This document shows positions 25,469 through 37,858 of a stretch of 64,000 bases of DNA, piece by piece (the first letter of the stretch is position 1; every line of letters starts with the position of its first letter). Both the position numbers and the translations under genes were made by a program. Below the pieces are notes generated by a model. That model ran no database searches. It was not told the origin of the DNA and saw only the letters and a list, made by a program, of their open reading frames with translations. Origin of the DNA: Magallana gigas (lineage: Eukaryota); the NCBI RefSeq assembly GCF_963853765.1, contig NC_088858.1, positions 9,114,001-9,178,000 of the forward strand, read 5' to 3'.

Positions 25469-25523
25469 TCAAGTACAGAGTAAAAGGGGATTACATACAA
25501 TGTATAAGAAACTTTTTCTCACA

Positions 25524-28500
25524 TCAGATATCTTTTTTCATCCAAGATATTGCATTGGGGTCCCACCTATCTACTTTTGACTGTCCTTTGAGAAATCTCC
25601 CTATGGGTGGTGGGGGAGGAGGTGGGGGAGCTGCGGGGGCAGATACTACAGACAGTCCTTGATTTGTTGACAAGGAGATTGGATCTTTGCCTCTGCTGTT
25701 CTCAGAGGTGGTATCAGGCAGAAATTTTTGTAGCTGAAATGCGAATAATAAAACTGGTATCAACAATAACTCACAATTGACATAAACAATATCAAATTAT
25801 GCCCATTCAAATATTTTTACTCTACTTTTACAACATACATGTATAATATATGCATGGCATAGATAGTTTCTTAACTGGGTATATGCATATATCAGTTTCT
25901 TAAATCGTACATGTATGTCAATGAATCTTTATGTGCCTGTACTTACAAAGCCCTCTGGTAAGTGGTCAGTGTTCACACCAAAACTGACAATAGGTTCACA
26001 AAATGTGTAGCCCAAATGTTTGTAAAAGTCCTGTTTGTCATGTGTGCTCAAGTAAAGTGTTGTTATTCCCTTTCTGCAAAACAGAGTTAAAAATATTCAT
26101 TATTAATGGAAGAATTTATATGCAAGAACTTGTGATATAAATACATGTAAATATATTGAAATATATTTCAACTTCAGGAGGAACTTCTTTAATCCCAACC
26201 TTTTTACAAACTGTTCTGTTTGCAGCATTATTTTCTTTCCATACCCCTTACCACGCAAATCTTTCCTAACTACAACTGAAATGAGAATACATTAATGGAA
26301 ATAAACATTTGAATATATGTATGAATTTTTTTTTTTTGGCATATCAGTATGATTTGACTTTTATAGGATCATTATAAATGCAAGTTTTCATCTCTGTTGC
26401 TTTATAGAAGGAGTAGTAAAGATACTGATATTAACAAACTTTTTTCATTTTTGTTTCATCAGAACACTGAATTTATGTTAACAAAATCATTGTTGTGATA
26501 GTTTGTGTATGAAGATTAAAGGACATGAATTTCACTCTGTTAAAACCCAGCTTTACCGAGTCATGGATCATGAATGCTGAGATGAATTATCAACTTAAAC
26601 ACTTCCTACTATGTTCTTATCAAATACGGTAATCAATAGCAACAATCTACTACCTGATTCCACAAAAATTGAATCAGGTTTTCCTTGAACTTTTGAGAGT
26701 CTGCAGTGAGCTACAACAGTGTTCACTCCATGGATGTTTCCAAGCAAGATGAGGCAGGTAGGAAAACTATCACAAGATTTCTCTAAGGAATGCAACCTGT
26801 GAAAATGTTTCAGTAGAACAGTACTCTTAATTTCAGAATTTGATTTAAATATGATTTTTCATGAAAGCAAAGTCACTTAAACTGGTTAGGGAATGAAATA
26901 CACATTTTATGATGCTTTTTATTTATCAGATACATTGTGGAATTTTGAACTTGCTTTTTCTCTGGAAAAATTTTTATTTGCGAGAAAAATTTATTTGCCA
27001 ATATATTTGACAACCTTCTTTGCACTCATCCTGAAGTTGGTGCATGAACTCCTTGTGGAAAATCGGGGGAAACCGTGAATCCTATTTTTGGAACAAACCG
27101 CAATACAACAGAACCCACGATATAATGAGAAGAGAGTATACATGTATGTATAGCAACAGGTTGGGACCAATCTCCCAAATGGGATATAATAGCCCGTTTG
27201 GGGTATAAAAGCCCGAATGGGATATAAATTTAAAGTGCAAAAAATAAAAAAATTTGATTTTGAAATTTTTGATATAAATCCGCATTAGAATGGATGAAAT
27301 ACAACAACTTTTGGTAAACAACTTTTTCTGTAGCTGTTCTATTACTGAGATTGATTTGATCCCTCAGTATATCCAAAACTTCTTGGGGATCAATCTTACA
27401 AACTATAGACTGGACATATAGAAAAACTTATTTACCAAAAGTTGTTGCATTTGATTCACATTAATGCTGATTTATATCAAAAATTTCAAAATCAAATTTT
27501 TTTATTTTTTGCACTTTAAATTTATCATGTTTATATCCCATTTGGGCTATTATACCCAAAACGAGCTATTACAGTCATTTTACTGGTAACGAATCAGTAT
27601 GCGGTTTCATCGTGCGTGCAACTATTATTATCGTTTTCCAGTATCGAATCAAGCGCCCTCTATCACTTCTGACCGAATATTTTGGGGCGAATTAATTTTA
27701 AAAATGCACTAGAGGTACATGTCAATAGACTTATAAATGAAGAAGGAAAAATAATTGTGGAATTACGTTATTTAAACAAATAATATGATCGTTATTTTTA
27801 TCCTACAGTATTCCCGTCAAATCAAAACTGGACTTAAACAGTTTTCATTTTGCGTTACTTTATGAAATTGAATTTTCATAAAAACACTTAATAATAGTAA
27901 TTGATGATAAGTAGTTGCCATTTCCCTTTGTTTTGCCCGTATATCTATCAATATATCCAGCCAAATAATACTTCTGTCGCATTGAACCGATACTAGGAAA
28001 ACTACACGTAGTTCTATCTGAAGTCGTAATTTCATTCAAAGCTCAATTATTATTTGATATGATGCATAATCTCATAAAATGGATTATAATTACTAATTGT
28101 CCACTAAAAAGGGTTCAAGAACAAATTTATTTTCAGGTTAGGTTAGTTAGGTTTAATTGTTTTCACACTTTCGTTTTTTCTGCCTTGCACTTCCAGCAGT
28201 TCATATCTCCAGCTGGGTCACCTTTTTAATTTGTAAATAATACGGTAAATAATCGTGCAAATGTAAAACAACTCCATACACAGGTAGAATATTTATTTCT
28301 GTATTATAATAACCTAGCTTGGATTTTTTAGAATCTTAACTTCTTTTTTAACAAAAAGTTTTTCTAAAAAATTATTCGATACTGGCAAATATTCGTTACC
28401 GGTAAAACGACTGTATATCCCATTTTGGAGATTGGTCCCAACTAGCTGCAGGACTGTAGCTCCCGGTCTGAAAAAATTCGGATGGACGACCTGGGAGCTA

Positions 28501-29216
28501 CAGTGCCTCCCATAGTAAAAAACTGCAATTTACGGCGCACAAAAAATTGCGCTAGTTTTGGACTGATTAATCTCATTTACGAACACATTCTGTACAAATA
28601 TTTGATCCCAAAAAATTCCTCGGACATTTTACTACAGATATCGTCACTTCACTTACTTCTGATAGTCTTTTGAACACCATCACCAGCCCTGTGAATTGAA
28701 GTGGTGCAAGTTTGTTTACATTTAAAAATGGCGACTTTCGATCTTGACGTAAATTAACATACTTCATTTTCCGAGGTCGGTTATCATGTTAAGAGAAAAT
28801 CTGAGACAAGTTAAGTGACGATGTCAGTAGTAAATTTGCTGAAGAATTTAATGGTACTATTTTTACAGAATTTGTGTGAAAATAAGGTTAATAAGTCCAA
28901 AACTAGCGCAATTTTTTGTGCGCCGTAAATTGCAGTTTTTTACTATGGGAGGCACTGTAGCTCCCAGGTCGTCCATCCGAATTTTTTCAGACCGGGAGCT
29001 ACAGTCCTGCAGCTAGGTCCCAACCTGTAGCAACGTATTAATCGAGTAAAATTAAAGAAAAGTAAATACAGTATAAAATTAAAAATCAAGCCGAATCTCC
29101 ACTGAGATAGTCAAAATGTACCTTGCAGATTTGCTCCTCTTCCATTCTTCGTTAAGAATATCGGCACACTCATCTATATATTGTTTGTTCTCGTGAAGAA
29201 CCAACAACTTTTCCAT
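25524..29216 (-). CDS. NAA80: N-alpha-acetyltransferase 80 (actin N-terminal acetyltransferase, NAT6/FUS2), 216 aa
   Basis: Exons (transcript order) 29216-29122, 26796-26654, 26275-26200, 26073-25947, 25733-25524; all GT-AG and phase-consistent, 651 nt in total. ECADILNEEWKRSKSARLHSL, GNAT motif VVVRKDLRGKGYG, LSTHDKQDFYKHLGY, a polyproline stretch and C-terminal WMKKDI match recalled human NAA80 (…IFWMEKDI). Confidence 0.93.
27153..29031. mobile_element. Composite TIR element in NAA80 intron 1, including a palindromic sub-element at about 27178-27572
   Basis: Left end GCAACAGGTTGGGACCAATCTCCCAAATGGGATATA. Its reverse complement is rebuilt at 28414-28442 plus 29025-29031 once the inner insertion is removed. 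27178-27330 pairs with about 27420-27572. Confidence 0.7.
28443..29015. mobile_element. Young non-autonomous element with perfect 122-bp TIRs and a 9-bp target duplication (Mutator-like)
   Basis: 28443-28564 is the exact reverse complement of 28894-29015. GGTCCCAAC is duplicated at 28434-28442 and 29016-29024. Confidence 0.9.
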
Positions 29217-29376
29217 TGCTCAATGTTAAAAATAAACATGCTTTCTCAACAAGTTCTGCAGTCAAGAAAAAGCTCTACCGAGACACAGACTTAAGTAATC
29301 ATTTCAGCGCTTAAAGCAATGGATATATTCTCATAATTTCAAACAAATATGAGACCCAGATCAACAGAATACAGGC

Positions 29377-32300
29377 ATGGAAGAAAATATACCAGAACCA
29401 CTTTCTGCGAAGAACAAAAGGTTCTCAATTAAAAATGACTAGAAAAATATTCTAAAGTACATGTTTAATTACTTGCAAATATTTTCATCGATAAAATCGT
29501 TGGAAGACATCGTTTTTACAACTGTATTTCAGCCATTTGGCTTATGTAAATGGCACTCCAAATATCACAAAAATGAGCTAAACACACTATTATCTATCCC
29601 AAGATATCTTCGATTCACATTTTGCTTAATTACTCCAGAGACATAAATAACCTGTTATTCATGTCTCTGATTACTCGATATTTATAAATATCTTAGGATT
29701 CACATAATGTTCATTCAAAAGTATGAAAAATTTCCAAAATTTCTCCGTTGAAACGCCCCCTAGCTATTTAATCAGGTTTCAATACACGGCATTGTGGTAT
29801 TGTGATGTCTACGGGGGTTTTGTATTGCAGCAGACCCATTGAAAAATTGCGCGAGGTATTGCGAGAGACTTCCGAATGGAAAAAAGATGTAAACATTCCC
29901 CATTATAAATCTCTGTAAGAAATTTTTTCGTTCCTGTTAAGTTTTCAGAGTGAAAACTGATAATTTGTCAATGAGGATAGCTTGAAAATTTTCTCTATCA
30001 GCTATTTCAATTGCATTTTTTTCACAGGTATATGTGATTTTTTTAAAAAATTGATCGAATGTGCTGCATTAATATCTTGGGATATGCTATTGGTTAACAG
30101 TGGATAAACTAGGTGTACGCAGAATGTAATGGTGCCCCAAAGCTTAGATGACTGAAAAGCGGTATCGTTTGAATGAACGGAGAAATATGTTTACCTGGAG
30201 TATTTCTTTAATCATTGATAATTATGTAAATTGAAAACGATGTTCAACACTATAATTGACGCATTCTTGTGACGTCATATGTTCTTTTTAATCACGTGAC
30301 ATGCACATTCTAACATTGCAAATGATCTTATTAAATTGCATTAATGCAGGTGATTTATGACATTAAATTATTATAAAAATATCTTAAAGAAAAACTCTTT
30401 GATTCGTCATATACTTAGCAGTTCTTACTTTGGCTTCAAATAGATATTTCTTTTTGCCTCATGATCCTCAAAATATGGCACACTATTACTAATTAAGAGT
30501 GATTAAAATTGGGTTAATTTGTTTGTTTTCCAAGCATGATTTACAGTGATACCTTTTTTCCCCACCAAATTTATGATAATTTTTACCTTTCGCTCAGTCA
30601 AGCTGTTTTTTACATGCATTATAATATCTTCATTCAGTTATTTACATGTAGCAGGTAGGGTCTCCAAACCATTATTTTGTAAATAGTCATTTACCTTAAT
30701 TATAAGAAGCTTTAAAGCTGTTGATTACGGTATCTTTTTCTTTTCAGTTCTTTTGCATATTTCACTATCAGAGACCGCCTTCCTGTAATATTGTCGAAAG
30801 TGGCAGACACAGTTTACAGGAAGAAAACAATTGTCAAAGATATCCATGGAGAGGTATAAAAAAATGTTATATTTACACCAAAATTAGATATGCAGTGCAT
30901 TAACACAGTAGCAGTTTGAAAATGTTTGCCATTTTGAACTTAGAATTTTGTTGTTAAAGACAAAAGTAAAAATGTGCATATCTGAGAAAGTGTTTGATGT
31001 GATTAATTTTTGGGACTTACCATATGCCCTTTTATTGAATTATTTTGTGTATATTAATTTAAATCTCGCCATTCATTATCTGTAGCATTGTCAAATAATG
31101 CTGTGGTGTGGGCTGTGTGAGCTTGCTCACTTCTGCTTTCATTTCTTTACTAAATATAACAGTAACAGTTTCTGGCTGAAAACCATATATAAAATTTTTA
31201 TGGTGGATCTGATTGACATTCAGTTCACACTGCTCCTCGCAAACGGATAGTTGGGGTGAGCCAAAATTTCTTGGCTTGTGAGGATGATTACAAGTCCGAA
31301 ATGCCATCAGATTAATAAATGAATTCATGGCACTTTAATTAACATCACTGTAAAATATGAACTCTTTACATTTTCACCATTAACCGTGTGCACTGCAAAC
31401 AGTAAAAATCATTGTAAGGAACATTGACATGAAATTTTTTTAAAAATATATATCTTATCCCTTGATTACCTTCATTTACCATAGAGGGAACTATTCTGAA
31501 ACTAAAATCTATGTTTTACAGATCTCCCTTTCAAGCAAACTGATTGTTCTTCTCCTTCATTTAAGGATGCCACCGAGGAGCTGAAGTTCATTGCAGGCTG
31601 TATATCCAAATTAAGGAATGAGCTACAGACCAACAAACCTTTGGTGCCCCTGAAGGACAATGGCCCTGACACAGAGGTCTGGAACCTCTCTCTGGCTGAG
31701 CTCACCCAGAGGGAGGGTGGGGAGCCCAAGTGGTTCGTATCTCCCTGGCTCTATGTGGAGTGTTACATGTATCGCAGAATACAGGAGGCCATAGCGCAAT
31801 GGTATGGATTTTCTGGTTTATTTATATGCTTAAGTTAAAAAGTTCATATTTTTTGTGTATTACAAGTATGGTACTATGGGGGATGGGGGTTGGGTGAGGG
31901 TACTATTGAATTTAATTACACAATTCCTATGTATATGTATACAAAAAGAAAATCAAAATGTTGTACATGTATATACCGGTATATGAAATTGTATGTTACC
32001 AGCTCATGTTTAAATCATGTTACCAGCACATTAATGGTACTATGACAGTTGGAAGGAAAAAAAAAATTATTATGTTGTTCATGATGTAGTACAATTTTAC
32101 ACAACTTGGATCCTTTTGAGGAGCAGAAGAAGAAGGCCTTCACAGATTCCGAGGAAGCTACTGAGGTGTTATTACATTACCTGAGACAAATCTCGGAGAA
32201 GGCAGCATCTGCCTCAGATGACGATAAAGAGGAATATCTGCGAGAATTTCTGCAGGTGTGTGGCTTTTGTTTTGTAATGTAGTGGTATCTAATATAATAT

Positions 32301-33343
32301 ATATTTGATCATGTTTATTTTTAGTAACTGAAGAATATATGTACAACTGTGATGATCCTAACAAAACTCTTTGATTGAATAGAATGTGTTTTTGCAAGGC
32401 TATGCATATTGTTTGAAAAAATCATATTAATCAAGTTCATTTTCACCCTGTTTTATTTTCTGGTATTTCATTTTTGCATTTTACATGTACTTGATCATAG
32501 TAAGATTTACTAAAAATTCATTTACTTTGCTTCTACCACTATCCCAAAAAATGAATTTATTATTGAAATATGTGATTGAAATTTCAGATTGCTTTATGGG
32601 GAAATCGCTGTGACCTGTCCATCTCTGCCTCTCAGGAGAACTCGCAGACCGAGTCGATCCTTGATCAGCTGCACCACCTGGAGCCCAACATTCTGGTCAA
32701 CGACACAAAGCAGGTCCTGAGCTGTCTGAGGTCAAATGTCAAGGACAGAGCCATTGACATAGTGCTGGACAATGCCGGATTTGAACTTGTAACCGACCTC
32801 TGTTTAGCTGAAGTTCTTCTAATGTGTGGATGGGCGGATTGTATCCGCATGCATGGGAAAGCAATGCCATGGTTCGTCTCTGATGTCACCAGCAGTGACT
32901 TTGAGTGGACATTTGATTCTCTTGTTAAATCATCAAGACCTTCTATGGCTTACTTTGGTGAACTGTGGAGGCAGCGTTTAGAAAAGAAATCCTGGATGTT
33001 TACCGTTGAAGATTTCTGGACCATTCCTTATGACTTTGCTAAAATGAAAACAAGTGCATCTAGTCTCTATGAGCGTTTTAAAGACTCAAAAATCGTGTTT
33101 TTCAAAGGGGACTTGAATTATAGAAAACTTCTTGGTGATTTAGACTGGAATCCAACCACACCATTTGAAGTCACTTTACGAGGGTTTCATCCCACACCTT
33201 TATGTGCACTACGCACCTGTAAGGCCGACTTGATAGCAGGGTTAGCTGCTGGTCAGAAAGAAACGGTCGAAAAACAGGACAAGAACTGGATGTTAAATGG
33301 AAACTGGGCTGTAATATCTTTCTGTGGAAAGTCTAACCAATGA
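29377..33343 (+). CDS. ARMT1: Damage-control phosphatase ARMT1 (C6orf211, DUF89), 435 aa
   Basis: Exons 29377-29420 (MEENIPEPLSAKNK; weak donor GTTCTC, least certain exon), 30748-30853 (SFAYFTIRDRLP), 31566-31801 (LRNELQTNKP...SPWLYVECYMYRRI), 32090-32255, 32588-33343 (LWGNRCDLS, IVLDNAGFELVTD, WFVSD, FKGDLNYRKLLGD, RTCKAD). 1308 nt in frame. Confidence 0.95.
30270..30300. promoter_or_regulatory. CRE (TGACGTCA) and E-box (TCACGTGAC) pair in ARMT1 intron 1
   Basis: Exact motif matches at 30270-30277 and 30292-30300 in a locally CpG-richer stretch. Function is inferred only. Confidence 0.3.
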
Positions 33344-36300
33344 AACAGTGTCTTTGCTTTTTGAATTCAAAACTACCAGTATTTATATAAAATAGTATGT
33401 CTTTAATTATTTATTGCATACATGTCAATTCTTTTTATTTTTTATACTTACGATGAAAATAAACTAGAATTATAAAATCGCCCAGTTCTTTATGTTTAAT
33501 ATTTGTAGTAAGAGCTTTAGTGGACATGAAATATGTAGGCAAAGATTTTGGTATGTTTAAGCAACGATAAATTACTTCTCAAAAATATTTATTTATAGAA
33601 TTTTACTAAGCCAAATTAGCCATTTGACTTGTGCACATGATTGAGTGACTTGTGATCTCATAATGCAATTAATTTATTTTTATGTGCTCATTATTTACTA
33701 TAGGTGAAGCCATGGTGAACACATTGAGAGAAAAGTATTTTAATTTTTTTTTATCGTGGTGGCATTTCAAGTTCTCTTACTTTACAAGAGTCGTCTATTC
33801 TGTTAGTCTTATTCTTGTTTTACAAATCAATTTTTTTGCTAATATAGTCTGTGTTTGAAATATTTTCTCGGATTGTAAATTAAGAGTGCAACACTTTCCA
33901 TGCATCAATTGCACAAAATAATCGTTTATATATGTAGTCATGCAGATGTTTCTGCAATGACTAACAGAACATTTTTTATACGCAAAATATACGACAAATA
34001 CATGTATTTCAGTAATTGTACAAATATTCTAGTTAATTTTTTTGTAGTAAAAAACCTGAAGAAATAGGGTTCGCGGTTCTTCTCAAGTTTTTGTTATTTG
34101 ATTGCTTTATCTTTTGTAAACTTTTGCCAAGTTTTATTTTTCATTCAACATGGGGTAGCTGATTGGTTTCTACAAACATCGAAGTTTCAAAAGTTATCGT
34201 TCAAGTATTTTTCGATAAAATTGTATCATAATAGGACTAACGAGATTTACTGCCCCCCCCCCCCCCATTAACTAGAGAAAGTAACATTTATATGACTAGT
34301 ATAGGTCCACTTTACTAATAGGATATGTACATATTGCAATTACCAAATTTCAAAGGCCGGTTCCGATTGTGGACTGTACACGTATACCGGTATGTACATC
34401 TCTCAACCGTGGACACCTGTTTCTGCGTTTCTTCTTGTATAATAATAACATTAACTAACAACATCTATATCATTATTATACTATAATATGAATATACATT
34501 TCAACGCAAAAATAATATAAAAGTGCTTGTGATTTCGACTGCAGTATTAATACATCTTTCTATTGCATCGGGTCTTACGAAGAGTCATTAAAAGGAAAAA
34601 AATGTATGAATTTTCTGTTTATTGCTTGGAATATATAAACATAAATATATTGGCTGTCGCCAGTCCACCAGCGTACCCCATCACTCCCCGTTTGAACCAT
34701 TTCCAAGACCCCCGGATGCTGCGTCTCGTCACTTTGGCAATCTGAAACACGGAGAAATTGTGCTTGTTACATGTCTGGTTAGTAAAGTACACCGGTACAG
34801 TATTGTTTTGTAGCAGACGGTGTTTATAATAAACAAATATCATTTATAAAAATGCCAGAATATAAGAATAATTTACATATAGTAGTCTTTGTCTGCATAA
34901 TGCCACTGGGTACATACCCCAAAGTACGTGTTTGGCAACAGTGGAGCGAAAGTTCAAATTAAATAAAAAATATATATTGTCAATTTTTCAAATAATAATT
35001 TTAAAAAATTACTATTCTAATATCGACTTTGACACATGCTGGTATTTAGTGGCATTACAACATGTTACCTATATAACAACAGATACAAGCAGTCAATGGT
35101 TTTAGGCCCCATAATTATCTACATGCTTTTTTACAATTACCACATTCATGCACAACTACCCCACAATACCTGTAAACCTGTTTACATGGCATATGACAAC
35201 AGCGATGTAGTTAATTGAGAGAATATGGAAAAATGCACGTATAACACTGTGAGAACTTGCTCTGAGAATTCCATTGAGATAGTTCAAGAACAATATGAAA
35301 ATACAGCTCTGGAAAAGCTTAAAAAAGAAAGGAAAGGAAAACATCCAAACAAATGATAAAGCCGATTCTTTATTGATCTCAAAGGAGAAAGTGGAAATTG
35401 GGAGCGTTTTCTAGAGTATTAAAACAAAAAATTTCACGAAATACAATATAGAATAAACAAGAGGAAAAATCAATAGGGATGAAATTCAACGTTAGTCATG
35501 CAGGATGCAAGTCCACAATGTGTGCATGCAAAGATTACTAAAACAATATTACCGCAGTTTCCGTTGGCGGATGCTCGTATCAAATTAACAATGTATTTAT
35601 AGACAAAAATGTGCAGCCACTGCATGGAATCCAACTTGAGCGTAAATAATGGCAACCCAGTTAACAGAACTTTCGCGAACTAATAGTCACCAATTTCTGA
35701 TCTTTTAGCGAGGCTCCAGAAATTTCCATATATTCATCAGTCTAAGGAGGTGCAATAAAGCAAGATAATACAATAAATAAATCTCGTTATTTTCCTATAT
35801 CCATCGTAAAAACCCTTCTGTGACCTTACTTTGCAAATTATCTGAGATTCGCTGCTGAAGTTGTTGCTCCTTTATTGATGGAAAAGACTGATCCCTCCTT
35901 AGCAAGCCCTCGTGGAGTTACAGCTAGATGCAAACTAAGTAAGATAGTATGGGGCACTATGATTTCAACTGGGATTGCATCTTAATTAGGATAAGATTGA
36001 CGACATTCTCAAATTGTACAATTTTTTTTTAACATATTATGCATTTTAGTAAAAATCTTGTATTGTGACATAACGGGCAAAATCCATATCTTGTTTTGAA
36101 TACTTCACTCACAGAACAAAACTGGTTAACCGCTTTTATAGACAAAAAGATTATAAAGAGACGATTATTGTTCACTGAATTGTGAAATACAGTCAGTTCT
36201 TACAGTTGCCCTATACATCCATAACCAATCGCTCCCAAAAATAAACCATTTACTGCGTATATTTTTCAAGTAAAACTTGAGAATCTCTTTAAATAAAGGA

Positions 36301-37219
36301 CAACAACCTTGGACAAACTGAGCATATAGCTAGGAGAGGTCAGGTTCGGGTACGGGAGTTCTCTGATTATATCAAAACCTGTCAATCAAAACAGTACCCC
36401 GCTGGTCGGGAGAATGTAAGATCTTCTGCCGTGAGCAAGGATGCGCCGTGCGCTATCACGAACGCTTTCCCCACGGACGATACAATTTTTCTGAATTCCT
36501 TGTATATAAACTACAACAAACAAGTGCTTGTTTAGTTTCAGCCGCATCAAAAAATGGCGCACTTTACAAAGTTTGTAAAAGTTCATATGTACGCAGTCCA
36601 ACCCCTTTGTTCGTTATACTTTTGGTGCCTTCCTTGATGTGAAGTACATGCCATGACGTTGAGCTAATATTCTTAATTCATATCCCGTGAAAAAAGAGCT
36701 TTTTGTTGAATTACAATACTCATTTTATTTTCAGATTAACAACAACAATAAAAAGGTTGGTTTCATCACACGACATTGTTGACTCACCAATCTTATGTAG
36801 TTTGATATTTTCAGAAAAAATAGATCAAAATGCGTTATCTATGCCATTTATAAAAACAAAATGTTTACCCTTTTTCTGGAAATAACCAAAGATGGTCAAT
36901 TGATCTTTATCTAGTGTACCGTTTGACCATACCAATACCCAAAAGAATTTTGAAGACATGTTTTCCTATAGTCTAGAGTGTGCGAGTATGTGTGTGCTAC
37001 CAAAAAATCTTAACAATGATCTTTTTCATGTCTCAGATTCTTGGCAGTGGCAGTGTGTAAAGTGAACATTTTGGTCGAGGAACCGAGATCGCTCCTCTGC
37101 CAACATTGCTTGTTCTCATCTATTTACATAAAGATATTTTATAATATATATACATCTCTGCATAATATATATTTGAAATATATTACACTCATAAAATGCT
37201 CCAAACCTCAGTTTCTAGT

Positions 37220-37858
37220 TCACCGAAATTTCCTTTGATTGACTTGCATTGATGATGTCAGACATGAGAGTCTGCGCAACATTTTCAAAACGTGTACCTT
37301 TTTGCGTCTGCCTTTTTTGTTGGACTTCTTTCTTTTAAAGTCTTTTGCACTGTGAAAAACGGGACTTGTCTCTTCTGCAAGGGTAATCTGAAAGTCTTCA
37401 TCGTCGGAACTTTCGTCCTCGAGTTTCTTGTATCTTTTTTGTGAGTAACTCTGCACAACGTCCTTGACATCACGAGGAACTAGGTCACGACCTTGGTCGG
37501 CGTCCATATAGTCGCGTACAATCTCGTCCTGTTTTTGGTGCTGATGTCTGTAATACTGGTCAGGTCTAGAATCTGAATCACTGTCATTGTTATTTATACT
37601 CTGGGTTATTGCACTGTATGATTTCGGGGTGTCATGATAGTCATGCACTTCAATATGATCTATGATTGCGCATGTGTCTGTATGTGCTGCGCTGCAGTCC
37701 AAAGTCTGCTTCTCAGTATGAGTTTCGCTAACACCTGAAGAATTGTTAACGAAAGAGTCATCTTCACTCTCGTCAAACTGTTCATAATTTCTTCTACGAA
37801 GAAAGTTCAGAATGGAAAAATTTACTGCAGACGAATAATCCCTAATTCGTTGCCACAT
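37220..37858 (-). CDS. Orphan 212-aa protein, predicted largely disordered: acidic body, basic C-terminal cluster
   Basis: ATG with A at -3 (AAAAATGT), 639-nt stop-free frame in AT-rich DNA, coding-like GC content. No family recognised. Confidence 0.65.
   Translation of the reverse strand: MWQRIRDYSSAVNFSILNFLRRRNYEQFDESEDDSFVNNSSGVSETHTEKQTLDCSAAHTDTCAIIDHIEVHDYHDTPKSYSAITQSINNNDSDSDSRPDQYYRHQHQKQDEIVRDYMDADQGRDLVPRDVKDVVQSYSQKRYKKLEDESSDDEDFQITLAEETSPVFHSAKDFKRKKSNKKGRRKKVHVLKMLRRLSCLTSSMQVNQRKFR

Noticed and set aside
30129-30161. MVPQSL-like alternative ARMT1 first exon
   Set aside because: In-frame TGA before the donor and the wrong phase for exon 30748.
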